Positions 12,325 to 25,500 of a stretch of 64,000 nt of DNA are shown here, one piece after another. Numbering within the stretch: position 1 is the first letter of the stretch; each line of letters starts with the position of its first letter. The position numbers and the translations under genes are program-made. This DNA comes from Azolla caroliniana (lineage: Eukaryota; Plantae; Polypodiophyta): positions 8,184,001-8,248,000 of the forward strand of contig JBHGNT010000018.1 of assembly GCA_043228905.1 (NCBI GenBank). The letters run 5' to 3'. Below the pieces are notes generated by a model, which saw only the letters and a list, made by a program, of their open reading frames with translations, was not told the origin of the DNA and ran no database searches.

Positions 12325-15300
12325 TGTTATCCCTTAGGCTAGAGAAGCCCTAACATAGGGTGTCCATATGGAACACTTCACCAAAGGGTGGTACGAGAAG
12401 ATATGGATGGACTGTGGTATTGAATGGGTCTTAACCGGTTACCAACCAACACTGTTAATGATCGTAACACACGCGTAAGATTAATTATATTAAGCACATG
12501 ACGGTAACCAGATAGACACTGAACATAAGTAAAATAATAGCACTTCTATTAATTATCCATTGTTGATTACATTCTTGCTGGGTCCTTTTATAGGTCTCTG
12601 ACTGAGTTACAAACCGGTGCCAACTGGCAACCAACAACGATCTGGTCCGGATCCGAATCGGCATACCGATTCTGGGTCCGTCCGTCCGCTTCTCAAAATA
12701 ACATAATACTTATTAATTTTAAACTAACATAGTACTTATTAATTTCAACTCCCTATTCCTAATTAAAAACCCCTTTTACATTCTGGACTCTAACCAGCCC
12801 TTTAGCCTTGCCGGCCAACACATGGCACGCCTGTGGGACAATACATTGTACATCGAACCAATTGTTAGCCCTTTATCACTCGTCTGTCAAAATGTCTAGA
12901 ATGCTTTGGTCCAAGGGTTCTAGAGGTTCTTCGGGTAGTTGCTCCGTTTGTTGTTGTGCCTGTTGTTGTTGTTGCTCTCTGGCCTGCCCCTCCTCTCCGA
13001 CTTTCATCCCTTCCGGCTCCAGTCCCTTTCGGGCTTCCGTTTCCAGCTCATCTGTTCTGGGCTTCTCCTGCTCCTAATGTCTGGCTTGCACTGGCTCTTT
13101 TGGTTCGGCTACCTTTGGCTGCTCCTCTTGAGCTACTTTTGTCTGGCTTTCTTTAGTCTCGACTGCATTCGGCGTGTGCTCCAGAGATTTCTCTTTGTCA
13201 CTAATGTTAATTGCAGCCATTCTTCGAGGGTCCATTTGTTGTGTCCGCTCCTGTTCGTAACGCTCGAACTGGAGTTGGGCATCCAGCTGGTCGTCATCCA
13301 GCTGTGCCACAAGCCAACCCACCGCCACTAGTTGCTCTCCGACCAAGGACAGGAAATCATCCGATAACTCCTCCCGTATGGTCATAATGCTTTCCGCATC
13401 AAGTTTGTAGAAGTTATTGCCGTCCTTTTGCCGGTTCTCCGCATCCGCTCGCAAGACCTGCAACTCGGCTGCCCGCTTTGCCCATTGGGCTGCTAATTCC
13501 TCTCTGAGAGTGGCAAGTTCTTGTTCTTCTGCCTTATTTGCATCTGGTGGTATTTTAGTTACCGACATCGTATTAGTCTGTTCATTCACTAGAGCCACCG
13601 GTTCTGGTAATCTTGGTCCTTCTGTGACCTGCTTAACCACCTCTACTTTAACATACGCAATTTCTTCTTCCATGCTCCGGATCCTTGACCGGGCCTTCTC
13701 AAGTTCTTCAATTGTGGCGAACAACTGGTTACCTTGTGCTCTCTCCTCCATTTCTATTTGGCACACAACCCCAGCCACCTTCTCGCCGATCAACCGTAGC
13801 CATTGACTGCCGGTGCCTTTTTGTCGTGCTGGTTTTGGTTGTGGCATGGCCTCTGTTTGCGCTGGAAGCCCTTTTTGGATTGTTGACTACAATGACAACT
13901 CATGCTCCCGCTTCTTGGACCACCAACACTGCTACTTCTTGCCGCACAGGTAGCTCTTCCATCGGTTTTGGTTGAACCGGTTCCGCCTCCTTCCTTCGCT
14001 CCGGTCCCTCGGAGCGGGGTGTCAGTGCGCTGTCCTTCACCGGACCTGATTCGTCCCCCTTCTGCTCCATGTCGCTACGCTTCTGGCGTTGTAGGAGGTT
14101 ATCTGTGAGGTCTTCCTCTGCCTCCTCCTCCTGGGTCCTGATATTGATCTTCGTTGCCAAGGGGTTCGGCTCTTGTTCCTGTTGGCGCAGCTTGATTTTT
14201 AGAGGCCGTACTGGTGGCTCCATCGGTGTCTCTGTCTCTATTTGCCTCTTCCGGCTAGGTGGTTCTTTCCCTTGTTGCGAGGTACTACCCTCTTTCCATC
14301 TAGGCGTGTGCTTGGCCAGAAGTTGCTACCGTTTTGAAGGTTTGTTAGGCGTGGTCTCCGTTACTCGAACCCGCTTCTTAGTCCTTACCGGCTCCATCGG
14401 TGGCGCCAAAAGATTTAGCCATTGAGCCACGACCGTCCATAATTTCTTGCCGTTCTGTACTGATTCTATCGCTATCCACAAACAGTTGATGATGATTACC
14501 GACCAATCCACTTGCACCCCTGTGTACATAGCAATGATGAAACTGGCTTTGTTCTTTGGCATTGTCGGGGGTCAGGGGTACACGAACCCATACTCGTGGA
14601 GGACACGAGCCACTTCTTTGAATAGGGGGTCCTTGCCGCCCTGTGTCCGGTGAGCTTTACTAGCGAGGGAATACTTGCCAAAAAACTTGGTTAGTGTTTC
14701 AGGAGAAGGATTCTCGATCGAGTAGATACCCCCTTCCAGTAGTCCGATTAGCGTGCGGATGGCTTCCTCTATTATGACCTTCGTGTCGATTTTCTGCACA
14801 ACTTCTTCTGCTTCGTCGTGCGGCGGTGCCTCTGCTATCCTCAGGAAGCCTCCCAACCCATGTTGGTTTAACCACTTCTTGGTTGTTTCAAAAAGTGCCA
14901 TAGGTTCCATCTCGTCTTCTAGTTTTGCGGGTGTTAGGTAGGGCCGATGTGCTTGTGTGTGCTTCTTGCGTCTGTCTGTTCATTTGTATTGTCCTTTGTG
15001 CGCTCAGTGCTCTGTGTTCGTGAAATGAAAGAGACTCTACAAGGCGGAGGTTTCGTGTTCCCATGCTTGGTGCCTTTCTCGATTCCCGTGCATGCACGTC
15101 GTGTACTATAATAGCAACTGTGTGACACGTGGTGTGCTTTAACTAGTCTTTAAATAGCCACTACACCTTTTCGAGGTGTCCGTTTGTTCCTCGCCTGTGC
15201 ATGATGACCTTTATTATTATTTATTATTTATATTATTTATTATTTATATTATTTTTAGTTAACTCGGGCTCCCTTGACTGTTGTTCTTCATGGTTGCCGG

Positions 15301-15635
15301 CCAATTGCTTGCCACTGCCTATTTCCGCATTGTTCTCCGGTTGATGAAACGGGTTCTTGGGCATGGGTCCATAATATGGTTTAAGTCGGAACCCATTTAC
15401 CCACTGGTCCAACACCTCGCCGGCTAGCGTTCCCAGCTGATATGAGCCGTTGAACTCTCACGTTATCCAATATGGTCTGGTCCACCGGAACCGTAGCTTC
15501 CCCGGCATCTTGCCCATCTGGGTTTGGAATACTAGTACCGGCTTGCCGATGCCAAACATCTTCTCGTTACCCTTTCGGTGGCGGTCGACAAATGCTTTCC
15601 TTCGTTGTTGTTCGAATTCCATCTGCATTAGGCTC
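12325..15635 (-). mobile_element. Non-chromovirus Ty3/gypsy 3' fragment: integrase C-terminus, extra ORF and probable 3' LTR (~12325-12840)
   Basis: WTRPYWI...NGSYQLGTLAGEVLDQWVNGFRLKPY (GPY/F-type integrase tail, Athila/Tat-like) at about 15233-15500. LTR-like outer end TGTTATCCC at 12325. Confidence 0.7.
12876..14910 (-). pseudogene. Additional ORF downstream of gypsy pol (~680 codons, disrupted)
   Basis: ORFs 14572-14910, 14326-14562 and 13900-14223 share one frame. One frameshift leads to 13074-13847, whose frame continues past a TAG to TGA at 12876. The C-terminal half is E/Q/K-rich and coiled-coil-like. Confidence 0.65.
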
Positions 15636-16525
15636 TGTTAAGAATGAGAAGGCAAGAGTGGTTGCAATGCAGCGGACGGTGAATGTATGTGTGTAGAGAG
15701 AGAGGGAGGGAGAGAGCTCAAGAGACAGAGATAAACAAAAGTGTATATAATATTAACAAAACAAAATACATCCAACAGTGACTAAGTTATAATGAGTTGG
15801 TTTATATACCAACTAAGCTAGGGCAAGCGCCCTTTCTACTATTTACAAAACTAGCTTGGGATGTCCATGAGCTAGTGTGAAACCTATCTATGGGAAGTTG
15901 ATTACAATTCTCAACACGCCCCTTCTAACACAACTTCCATCTGTCGGAAAGTCGTTCCGTTCGTACTTGAACTTGTCTAGTCGGCTGTGTTGCGTATTGC
16001 GTAGCCTATCCGTGCCGCGTCTGCGTACTCCCCCTCAAACTCGGCAACGTGGACAACGTGAGACCAAGATACGATGCATATTTCCCGAGCTTGTCGATGC
16101 CTAAGGCCTTCGTAAAGATATCTGCGACTTGTAGGTGCGTGCTGATGTGTTGGAGGTCAATTTCTTCGGCCTGGACGCGCTTTCGGATGAAGTGGTAGTG
16201 CACTTCGATGTGTTTAGTCCGCGCATGAAATCGGGGGTTACACGTGAGGTAGATACCGCTCATGTTATCGCAATACAGACATATTGGATCTTTGATGGGT
16301 ACGCCCAGATCTTTTAGTATACGTTTAAGCCATACAGCTTCGCATGCGGCGATTGCAACGCCCCTGTATTTGGCTTTCGTGCTTGACAGTGCGACTCTTG
16401 GCTGTTTCTTGCTGCTCTAGGAGATCGCTCCGCTGCCGAGGGAGAAGACGAATCCGGATGTGGATCGTCTATCTGCTTTGTATCCTGCCCAGTCCGCGTC
16501 TGTGTATCCTCCGAGTCGAATAGTC
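15636..16525 (-). mobile_element. Copia family C 3' fragment: RNase H plus 3' LTR 15636-15916
   Basis: [23 protein letters not shown] and ADIFTKAL motifs. PPT agaaggggcg abuts a TG..CA LTR unrelated to family A LTRs. Confidence 0.85.
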
Positions 16526-19500
16526 ATAAACTGGGTGCGTAAAACCGGGCGCACAATAGGCCGTAGTGGTGCGTAAACTGCGAGGCCGTTGGAAAGATAT
16601 TCCGCGTAGGAATATATTTTGGGAGTTAGTGTAGAGCTCAATTATGAGCATTGAAGTACGTGTCAATACTTCTGTCAGTCCGTATGGACTTGTATAAAAG
16701 TGCTCACTGAGCAAATCCTATGTACAGATTGAGTATTATTTTTTTGAAACAAAGTGGTGTGTATTGATTCTCTCTCTCTCTCTCTCTCTCGTGTACTGTG
16801 TGTGTCCAAGCTCTCCATTAAACCAGTGTTTTCCTACGTTCTGTTTTCTGTTGCTTCCGCACCTTGTTCTTTTCACATGGTATTAGAGCGCGAGGGTTGA
16901 GAACCTCTACAACCGACCTTAGCTCGAGAAGAAAACCTAACCTTCATAAAGAACAGGAAAAACAAAATGGATAGAGGCATGGCTAGCTCGCTTCCGACCG
17001 AGAAGCTCGACAAAAACATGAAAAGAATTGCGTGCGGAAGCAATATAGAAAACTGAACAACAGAAAACGCAGGTTTAATGGAAAGCTTAGGTTTGCACAG
17101 TACACACAGGAGAGACAGAGAGAGAGTAAACATAGAACTTAATTAAAAAATAATACTCAATCTGTATATAGGATGTGCTCAATGAGCACTTTTATACAAG
17201 CCCTGACAATCGGGCTGACACAAGTACTAACAGTACTTGACTGCTCATAAGTGAGCCTCGACTCTTACTCCCAAAACTATTCCTTACGAGGAATATCTTT
17301 CTAACGGCCTTCCTACGCACTGGTATGCGTACCGGTTTAAGCCTCTGTTTTACGCACCGGTTCGGCCTAACCGATCGGTTCCAACCGATCTGGTCCTCGG
17401 CGTGCTTAGCCGATCCGGCCGATGTTGAGCTTGTCTCTCAACACTCCCCCTCAAGCTCAACATGAGGCTCTTCGGGATCTTCCAGATCACCGCTCCGGTT
17501 CCTCCTAGCTCCACGCCTCGCTCGCGCTCCTCGGCCTATTCGACTCCATGCGCTTCAACCCTTCCGGTCAGTATGGCCCTTCACAGCTCCCTTGCTGTCA
17601 CGGTGTTGGCGCTTCTCCTGCTGCCTTCTTTTGAGCTTGGCCCTCGATTGATTCAGTGTATCCGAATCAAACATTCGAACCGACTCGGCTACCTTCGATC
17701 GGTTTTCGCTCTCGTCCGAGTTGACTGTCTCCAACTCTTCTTCGGTCTTCTCGCCCTTGACAACATCATCTCCCCCATGCTTGGTTGGCTTTGGCTCTTT
17801 CTTCCGACTGCTCCCCTTATGTCCGCTTTTGGATTGTTCCGCGGTTCCGCCCTCGACTTCTTTAGCCGATCCGAAGTCGAATTCGTCATCCGACTCGGCG
17901 CTTCAGTCTTTTCCGCTCCTTTCCTGCTCCCTTGTGTGGTCATCTGGGACATCTCTCACCCTCAAGTTCAGCACTTCGAGGTGACGCAACCCAAGCACAC
18001 TTGAGAATTGCCGCAACTTGTCCAGACCAAGAGGCTTGGTGAAGATGTCGGTGGTCTGCCGATCCGTCGAAACATACTGAAGTTCGACTTCACCAGAAAG
18101 GACACGCTCACGGACAAAATGGTAGTGCACCTCAATGTGTTTGGTCTGTGCGTGGAAAACGGGATTCTTCGCGAGCTGGATGCTGCTGAGGTTGTCGCAG
18201 TAGATCGTCGTCGATCGGACACCTCCACCTGTAGATCCTTAAGTAGCCGCTTCAACCATATGGCTTCGCAGGCAGCGACATCCGCTCCTCTATACTCGGC
18301 TTCGGTGCTCTACAGTGCAACTGTTGGCTGCTTCTTACTGCTCCACGCTATCGCGGGACTCCCAAGAGAGAACGCGTATCCGGACGTGGATTGGTGATCG
18401 GCGGTGTTGCCAGCCCAATCAGCATCGGTGTAGCCGACCAATTGCGGGGCTAGACTGGTCCGAAATAGTAGTCCCCGGTCCGTAGTGCCGCTTACGTACC
18501 ACAGTACGCGTTGCGCACACTGAAGGTGCTCCTCGGTAGGTCACGTCATAAACTAACTGATCACCCCGACCGGATAATTGAGATCGGGTAGGGTGATTGT
18601 CAAGTAAATAAGGCTTCCGACAATTTGTCAGAACCTCGTCGGGTCACACACCTTTCCGGAATTGGGGTGAAGCTTGACGGTTCTATCAAGAGGAGTCGAG
18701 ACAGACTTATTGTCGGCCATCTTGAATTTGAAGAGCATATTCAACGCGTAATGATGTTGGCTTATCAATATGCCTTCGGGGGTGCGGATCACTTCGATCC
18801 TGAGGAAGTAATGAAGATCCCCCAAATCCTTCATGTCGAATGATGCCGCAAGCTGGAGCTTCACGCGGTTGATTTCACCTAGGTCGGCGCCGGTGATGAA
18901 CAAGTCATCAACATAGAGTAAAATACTGACCGGCCCGAGTCGACCTTTTCGAACGAATAGCGAGAAATCCGATTTTGACGTCGTAAAGCCCATCCGACGC
19001 AGTTGTTGCGTGATCTTCGCGTTCCAGGCACGCGGAGCTTGCTTCAGTTTGTAAAGGGACTTCTTCAATCGGCACACTGCCGAAGTGTTCGTTCCGGAGT
19101 GAAATCCAGGGGGCTGTACCATGTACACCTGTTCCTTAAGCTCACCTTGCAGGAATGCATTCTTTACATCCATTTGATGTAAGTGCCACCCCTTGGCCGC
19201 GGCTACCGGACGGTCGTCATCTTCGCAACCGACGCAAACATCTCATTGTAGTCGATGCCGTGTTTCTGCGCGTAGCCTTTCGCTACTAATCGGGCCTTGT
19301 ATTGGTTGACAGAGCCGTCGGTGTTGTACTTGACCTTGTACACCCACCTACATCCGATCGGCTTCACACCCTTCGGTGCATCAACCAGGTCCCATGTCTT
19401 GTTTTCCGCTAGTGCGTGCATCTCTTCCTCCATTGCGGCGCGCCAATTCGTGTCTTGAGCCGCTTCTGCGTAGCTCTCCGGCTCACGCACTTTCGCTACA

Positions 19501-22500
19501 CGGGTCATGTATGCATAGTGATGCGCCATGTACTCGTTGTATCCGAACCGCATAATTGGGTTCTTTTGGCGGGTAGATCGGCGTAATCGGTCATTAGCCG
19601 ATGTCGAGGTCTTCTCGAACGACGTGGACTTCGCTCTTGAAGACCTGTCACTGCTTCCCTCAGAGTCGGACTTGCGTCGGTCTAACTCGTTCCTATCCAT
19701 GCTGGAATCCGACACCTTCTTCTTCCCTTTCTCTTTGCGCGTAAGTCGTCTCCTCGGCTTCTTGCGCGGGGAATGCACGACCGAGTCTCCACTACTCGCC
19801 GGCTCTTCATCAGACTGGTCGTATCGACTCAGTCGTCCATTCGGTCCACTTAATCGAAACGAAATCAGACTCTCTTCGGGGGTCTCGATTTTAGGCTTAG
19901 TCGGATGCACCTCAGCCTTGCTGTCCTCATCGTCAGAACTCGGATCGGAGGTGAGGTCCGGAGTCGGAGGCAAGTACCAGGACGCGGACTCATCAAACAC
20001 AACGTCGCGGCTCACGCGCGCTTGTTTGGTACACGGGTTATAGCACTTATAACCCTTCTGCTCGTCCGAATAGCCAAGCAAGATACACTTCTCGGCTTTC
20101 GCGTCCAACTTCCTCCTTTTCTCCTTCGGCACATACACATACGCAATGCTACCGAAAACTCATAAGTATCGCAAGTTCGGCTTCATTCCGAAATATAGCT
20201 TGTATGCTGACACTTTATCTTCGATCCGATTCTGGATGTATACCGCGGTCCTTATTGTCTCAGCCCATTAGAACTTGGGCAAGCTCTTCTCTTCAAGCAT
20301 TGCCTGTGCCACTTCCACAAGCGACCGATTTTTCCTCTCGGCCATGCCGTTTTGCTACGACGTGTATCTACAACTGAATTCGCACCGAATTCCCATCTGT
20401 TGTAGATAAGCGTTGAATTGACTGGAAAAGTATTCTTTTCCGCCATCCGACCGCAAGCACTTGATTTTTCTTTTTGTTTCCGTTTCCATGAACCCTTTGA
20501 GGTCCCGGAAACAGTCGAAGACTTCGCTCTTCCTCTTGATGATGCGTGTAGTCGTCGATGAAGGAGACGAAATATCGACTCCTGCCAAGACTAACATTTT
20601 GTGCCGGCCCCACACATCGGAGTGTATCAAATCGAGCTTGTTCCGACTCCGGTTACGCTCGTTGGGGAAGGGAAGTCGGCGTTGCTTCCCAAGCTGGCAG
20701 GCTTCACAAATTTGTGCCTTTCGGCCACTAAATTTGGGCAATCCGAACACCATTTGTTTCGATTGTAGGTCTTGAAGCCGCTGGTAATTGACGTGGCCTA
20801 TCCGCTTGTGCCATAATTCGATGTCCGACTCGACTTTTTGTCCCTTCGCGAATATTGCGGTGCCACCGTCAGTAGAGTCGAGGATGAACATCCTCCCATC
20901 TCTGCGCCCTTGCGCAATGATATGGCCTTCTTCCTCAATGAAGCACTTGAGGTATGTAAACCGAACCTGCATCCCCTGGTCGACGATCTGCCCAACCGAC
21001 ACCAGATTCTTCGTGATGATCGGGACGTGTAACACGTTCATAAGTTTCCCTTTCTGCCCGACATGGCTCAAGGGAACTTCTCCGACATTCGCGATCGGAT
21101 GTTGAGTGTCATCTCCGGTTGCGACTACTCTTGGTTGCGTCGGTTTCTCAAGATATGAGAACCACTCCTCGTGGCACGTCATGTGGTTTGACGCGCCGGA
21201 GTCTACGTACCACACCTTGTCTGATTTCGGGGTGAACTACTTCATTGAGTTTGCTTCGTGTCTAGTCACGAAGACTGACCCTTTTTCGGCTTCTCTGGAT
21301 CCTTTGGCATAGTGTGATCGCTACCGGTTTCCTTTGTCGGTATGTCTGGAACCAGATCCGGAACCGGTCCTCTCCGACTCAGCGCGCTTTTTCCAGCACT
21401 CGCTCTCCCTGTGGCCTTTCTTACCACAGTACCAGCATTCCACGACGGATTTCCCTTGCCGGTTCACGTCGCCTTGACTCCCCCTATTTCCGGAGGGTCC
21501 AGAGTTGCTGTCGGCATCACTTCGGTGCCTTCTTCCTTGATCCCGTCGGCCGCCTCCATTGCGTACCGACTTGCCTCGTCTGCCACGACCACGGGGCCTC
21601 TCTCCCTCCGTGTACAACATCTTGTTGTCGGCATGCGTGCTTGTCGACGCACCCCCGTGGTTCTCGTCTATAAGGAGCATCGACTTTAAGTCGAAAAACG
21701 ACGACGTATTCTCTCGGGTACACACAACAGTTCGGAATGCCCTGAACTTCAACGCCAAACCCTTGAGACAGACCTGGACCATCTAGCTTTCGTCGATGTT
21801 CACATCGATGGAAGCTAAGGAGTCACATATGTCCTTAATCCTCGAGGTATAGTCAGCCACCGACAAATCGCGTTGTCGTAGGTTGCTCAACTCCTGTCGG
21901 AGCTGAAGCTTCCTGGTTGTGGTGCTCGCGGCGAAAATCTTCTTCAGATTTTCCCACGCACCCTTCGGCGTTTTTGCATCCCAAACGTAGCTTAATAGCT
22001 GTTCGCCCACACAAGATGCGAAATAGTACAACACTCTGCTCGCCGATTGTTCCCATGCCGGGAAGTTTTTGTGTGTCGAATCTGGTGCTGTGTCATTTGC
22101 TCCATCGACATAGCTCTAGTAACCGTGTCCGAGCAGGTACTGGTGCATCTTGTAAGACCAAGACGCGTAGTTGTTTCTGTCGAGCTTCTCCGTCGGAAAC
22201 GAGCTAGCCATTCCTCTGTTCATCGGTTTTCTTGTTCTTCTTCATTGGTTTTCCATTTAAGCAAAGTCGACTGCAGAGGTTCTCAACCCTCGCACTCTGA
22301 TACAATGAAAAGAATTGCGTGCGAAAGAAATATAGAAAACTGAACAACAGAAAACACAGGTTTAATGGAAAGCTTAGGTTTGCACAGTACACACAGGAGA
22401 GACAGAGAGAGAGTAAACACAGAACTTAATTAAAAAATAATACTCAATCTGTATATAGGATGTGCTTAGTGAGCACTTTTATACAAGCCCTGACGATCGG

Positions 22501-25500
22501 GTTGACACAAGTACTGACAGTACTTGACTGCTCATAAGTGAGCCTCGACTCTTACTCCCAAAACTATTCCTTATGAGGAATATCTTTCTAACGACCTTTC
22601 GGTTTACGCACCGATACGACATTCCTATGCACCGGTATGCGTACCGGTTTACGCATCCGTTTTATGCACCGGTCCGGCCTAACCGATCGGTCCCAACCGA
22701 TCCGGTCCTCGGCTTGCTCAGCCGATCCAGCCGATGTTGAGCTTGTCTCTCAACAAAACAACTACGCATCTTGGTCGTACAAGATGCACCAGTTCCTGCT
22801 CGGGCATGGATACTGTAGCTATGTCGATGGAGCAAATAACATAGCACCCGATTCAACACACAAAGACTTCCTGGGTTGGGAACAATCCGCGAGCAGAGTT
22901 CTCTACTGCCTCACGTCTTGTGTGGGCGAACAACTTCTGAGCTATATTCGGGATGCGAAAACGCCGAAGGGTGCTTGGGGAAATCTGAAAAAGATTTTCG
23001 CCGCAAGCACAATAGCCAGAAAGCTCCAACTCTGACAGGAGTTAAGCAACTTGCGACAATGCGATTTGTCGATGGCTGATTACACATCGAAGATCAAACA
23101 TATATGCGACTCCTTAGCCTCCATCGATGTGAACGTCGAGGAAGGCGAGATGGTGCAGATCTGTCTCAGGGGACTAGCGTCAAAGTTCAGAGCATTCCGA
23201 ACTGCTGTGTGCACATGGGAGAATATGCCGTCGTTTTCGACCTACTGTCGATGCTCCTTATAGAGGAGAACTACGTGGGTGCGTCGACGAGCACGCATGT
23301 CGATAGTAAGATGATGTACATGGAGGGAGATAGGCCCTGTGGTCGTGGCGGACAAGGCGAGTCGGTGCGCAATGGAGGTGGCAGACGGGACCAAGGAAGA
23401 AGGCACCAAAGTGATGCCGACAACAATTCAGGACCCTCCAGAAATAGGGGGAGTCGAGGCGGCGAGAACCGGCAAGGGAAATCCGTCACGGAATGCTAGT
23501 ACTGTGGCAAGAAAGGCCACAAGGAGAGCGAGTTCTAGAAGAAGCGCGCCGATTCGGAGAAAACTGGATCCGGATCCGGACAAACCGACAAAGGAAATCA
23601 GTAGCGATCGCACTACGCTGAAGGATCCGAAAAAGTCGGAAAGGGGAAGCCTTTGTTGCGAGACACGAGGCGAACTCGATGAGGAAGACCACTCCGAAAT
23701 CGGACAAGGTGTGGCACGTTGACTCTGGCGCGTCAGACCACATGACGAGCCATAAGGAGTGGTTCTCATACCTTGAGAAACCGATGCAACCAAGAGTAGT
23801 CACAATAGGAGACGACACTCTGCATCCGATCGAGAATGTCGGTGAAGTTCCCCTGAGCCATGTTGAGCAAAAAGGGAAACTCATGAATGTGTTACACGTC
23901 TCGACAATCACGAAGAATCTTGTGTCGGTCGGGTAGATCGTCGACTAGGGGATGCAAGTCTGGTTCACGTATCTCGGGTGCTTCATCGAAGAGGAAGGCC
24001 AGGTTATTGCGCAAGGGCGTAGAGATGGGAGGATGTTTATCCTCCACACCAATGACGTTGGCACCGCAATGTTCGCAAAAGGAAAAAAAGTTGAGTCGGA
24101 TATCGACTTGTGGCACAAGTGGATAGGCCATGTCAATTATCAAAGGCTTCAAGACTTGCAATCGAAACAAGTTGTGTTCGGATTGCCCAAATTTAGTGGC
24201 CGGAAGGCCCAAATTTGTGAAGCCTGCCAGCTAGGGAAGCAACACCGATTTCCTTTCCCCAACGAGCATAACCAGAGCCGGAACAAGCTCGACTTGATAC
24301 ATTTGGATGTATTGGAGCCGGCAGAGAACGTTAGTCTTGGTGGGAGTCAATATTTTGTCTCCTTCATCGATGACTACACGTAGCACATGTGGATCTATGT
24401 CATTGAAAAGAACAGTGAAGTCTTCGACTGTTTCCGGGACCTCAAAAGCTTCGTAGAAAGGGAAACAGGGAGAAAGATCAAGTGCCTATGGTCGGATGGC
24501 GAAAAAGAGTACTTTTCCGGCCAATTCAATAGTTATCTGCAACAAATGGGAATTCGACGCGAATTCAGTTGCAGGTATACGCCGGAGCAAAACGACGTAG
24601 CCGAAAGGAAAAATTGGTCAGTTGTGGAAGCGGCACGGGCAATGCTGGAAGAAAAGAGCTTGCCCAAGTTCTATTGGGCGCATGAGCTGTATTTCAGAAG
24701 GAAGCCGAATCTACGACACTTGAGAGTTTTTGGTAGCATTGCGTATGTGCATGTGCCGAAGGAGAAATAGACGAAGTTGGATGCGAAAGCCGAGAAGTGT
24801 ATCATGGTCGGCTATTTGGACGAATAGAAGGGTTTATAAGTGTTATAACCCCCGAACTAAACAAGCTCGCGTGAGCCGCGATGTTGTGTTTGACGAGTCC
24901 GCGTCTTGGTACTTGCCTCCGACTCCGGACCTCCGGACCCGAGTTCTAATGATGAGGTCAGCGAGGCTGAAATGCCTCTGGATGACTGTGAAATCAAGAC
25001 CCTCGATGAGAGTCCGCTTTCATTTCGGCTAAGTGGACCGAACGAGCGACGGGCCTGGTTTGACCAGTCCGAAGAAGAGCCGGCAAGTAGTGGATACTCG
25101 GTCGTGCATTCCCCACGCAGGAAGCCGAGGAGACGGTTTACGCGCAAGGAAAAAGGGAAGAAGAAGATGCCGGAGTACGGCATGGATAAGGGCAAGTCGG
25201 ATGGACGCGAATCTGACTCTGAGAAGAGTGATGACGGGCCTTCGAGAGCGAAGTCCGTGTCAGCCAAGAAAGCCTCAACATCGGCTAATGAGCAATTACG
25301 CCGATCTACCCGCCAGAAGAACCCTGTTGTGCAGTTCGGATACAACGAGTACATGGCGCATCACTATGCATACATGACGTGTGTAGCAGAAGTATGTGAG
25401 CTGGAGTGCTACACAGAATCGCGAAGGGCACAAATTGGCATGCCACAATGGAGGAAGAGATGCGTGCATTAGCGGAGAATGAAACCTGTGACCTAGTTGA

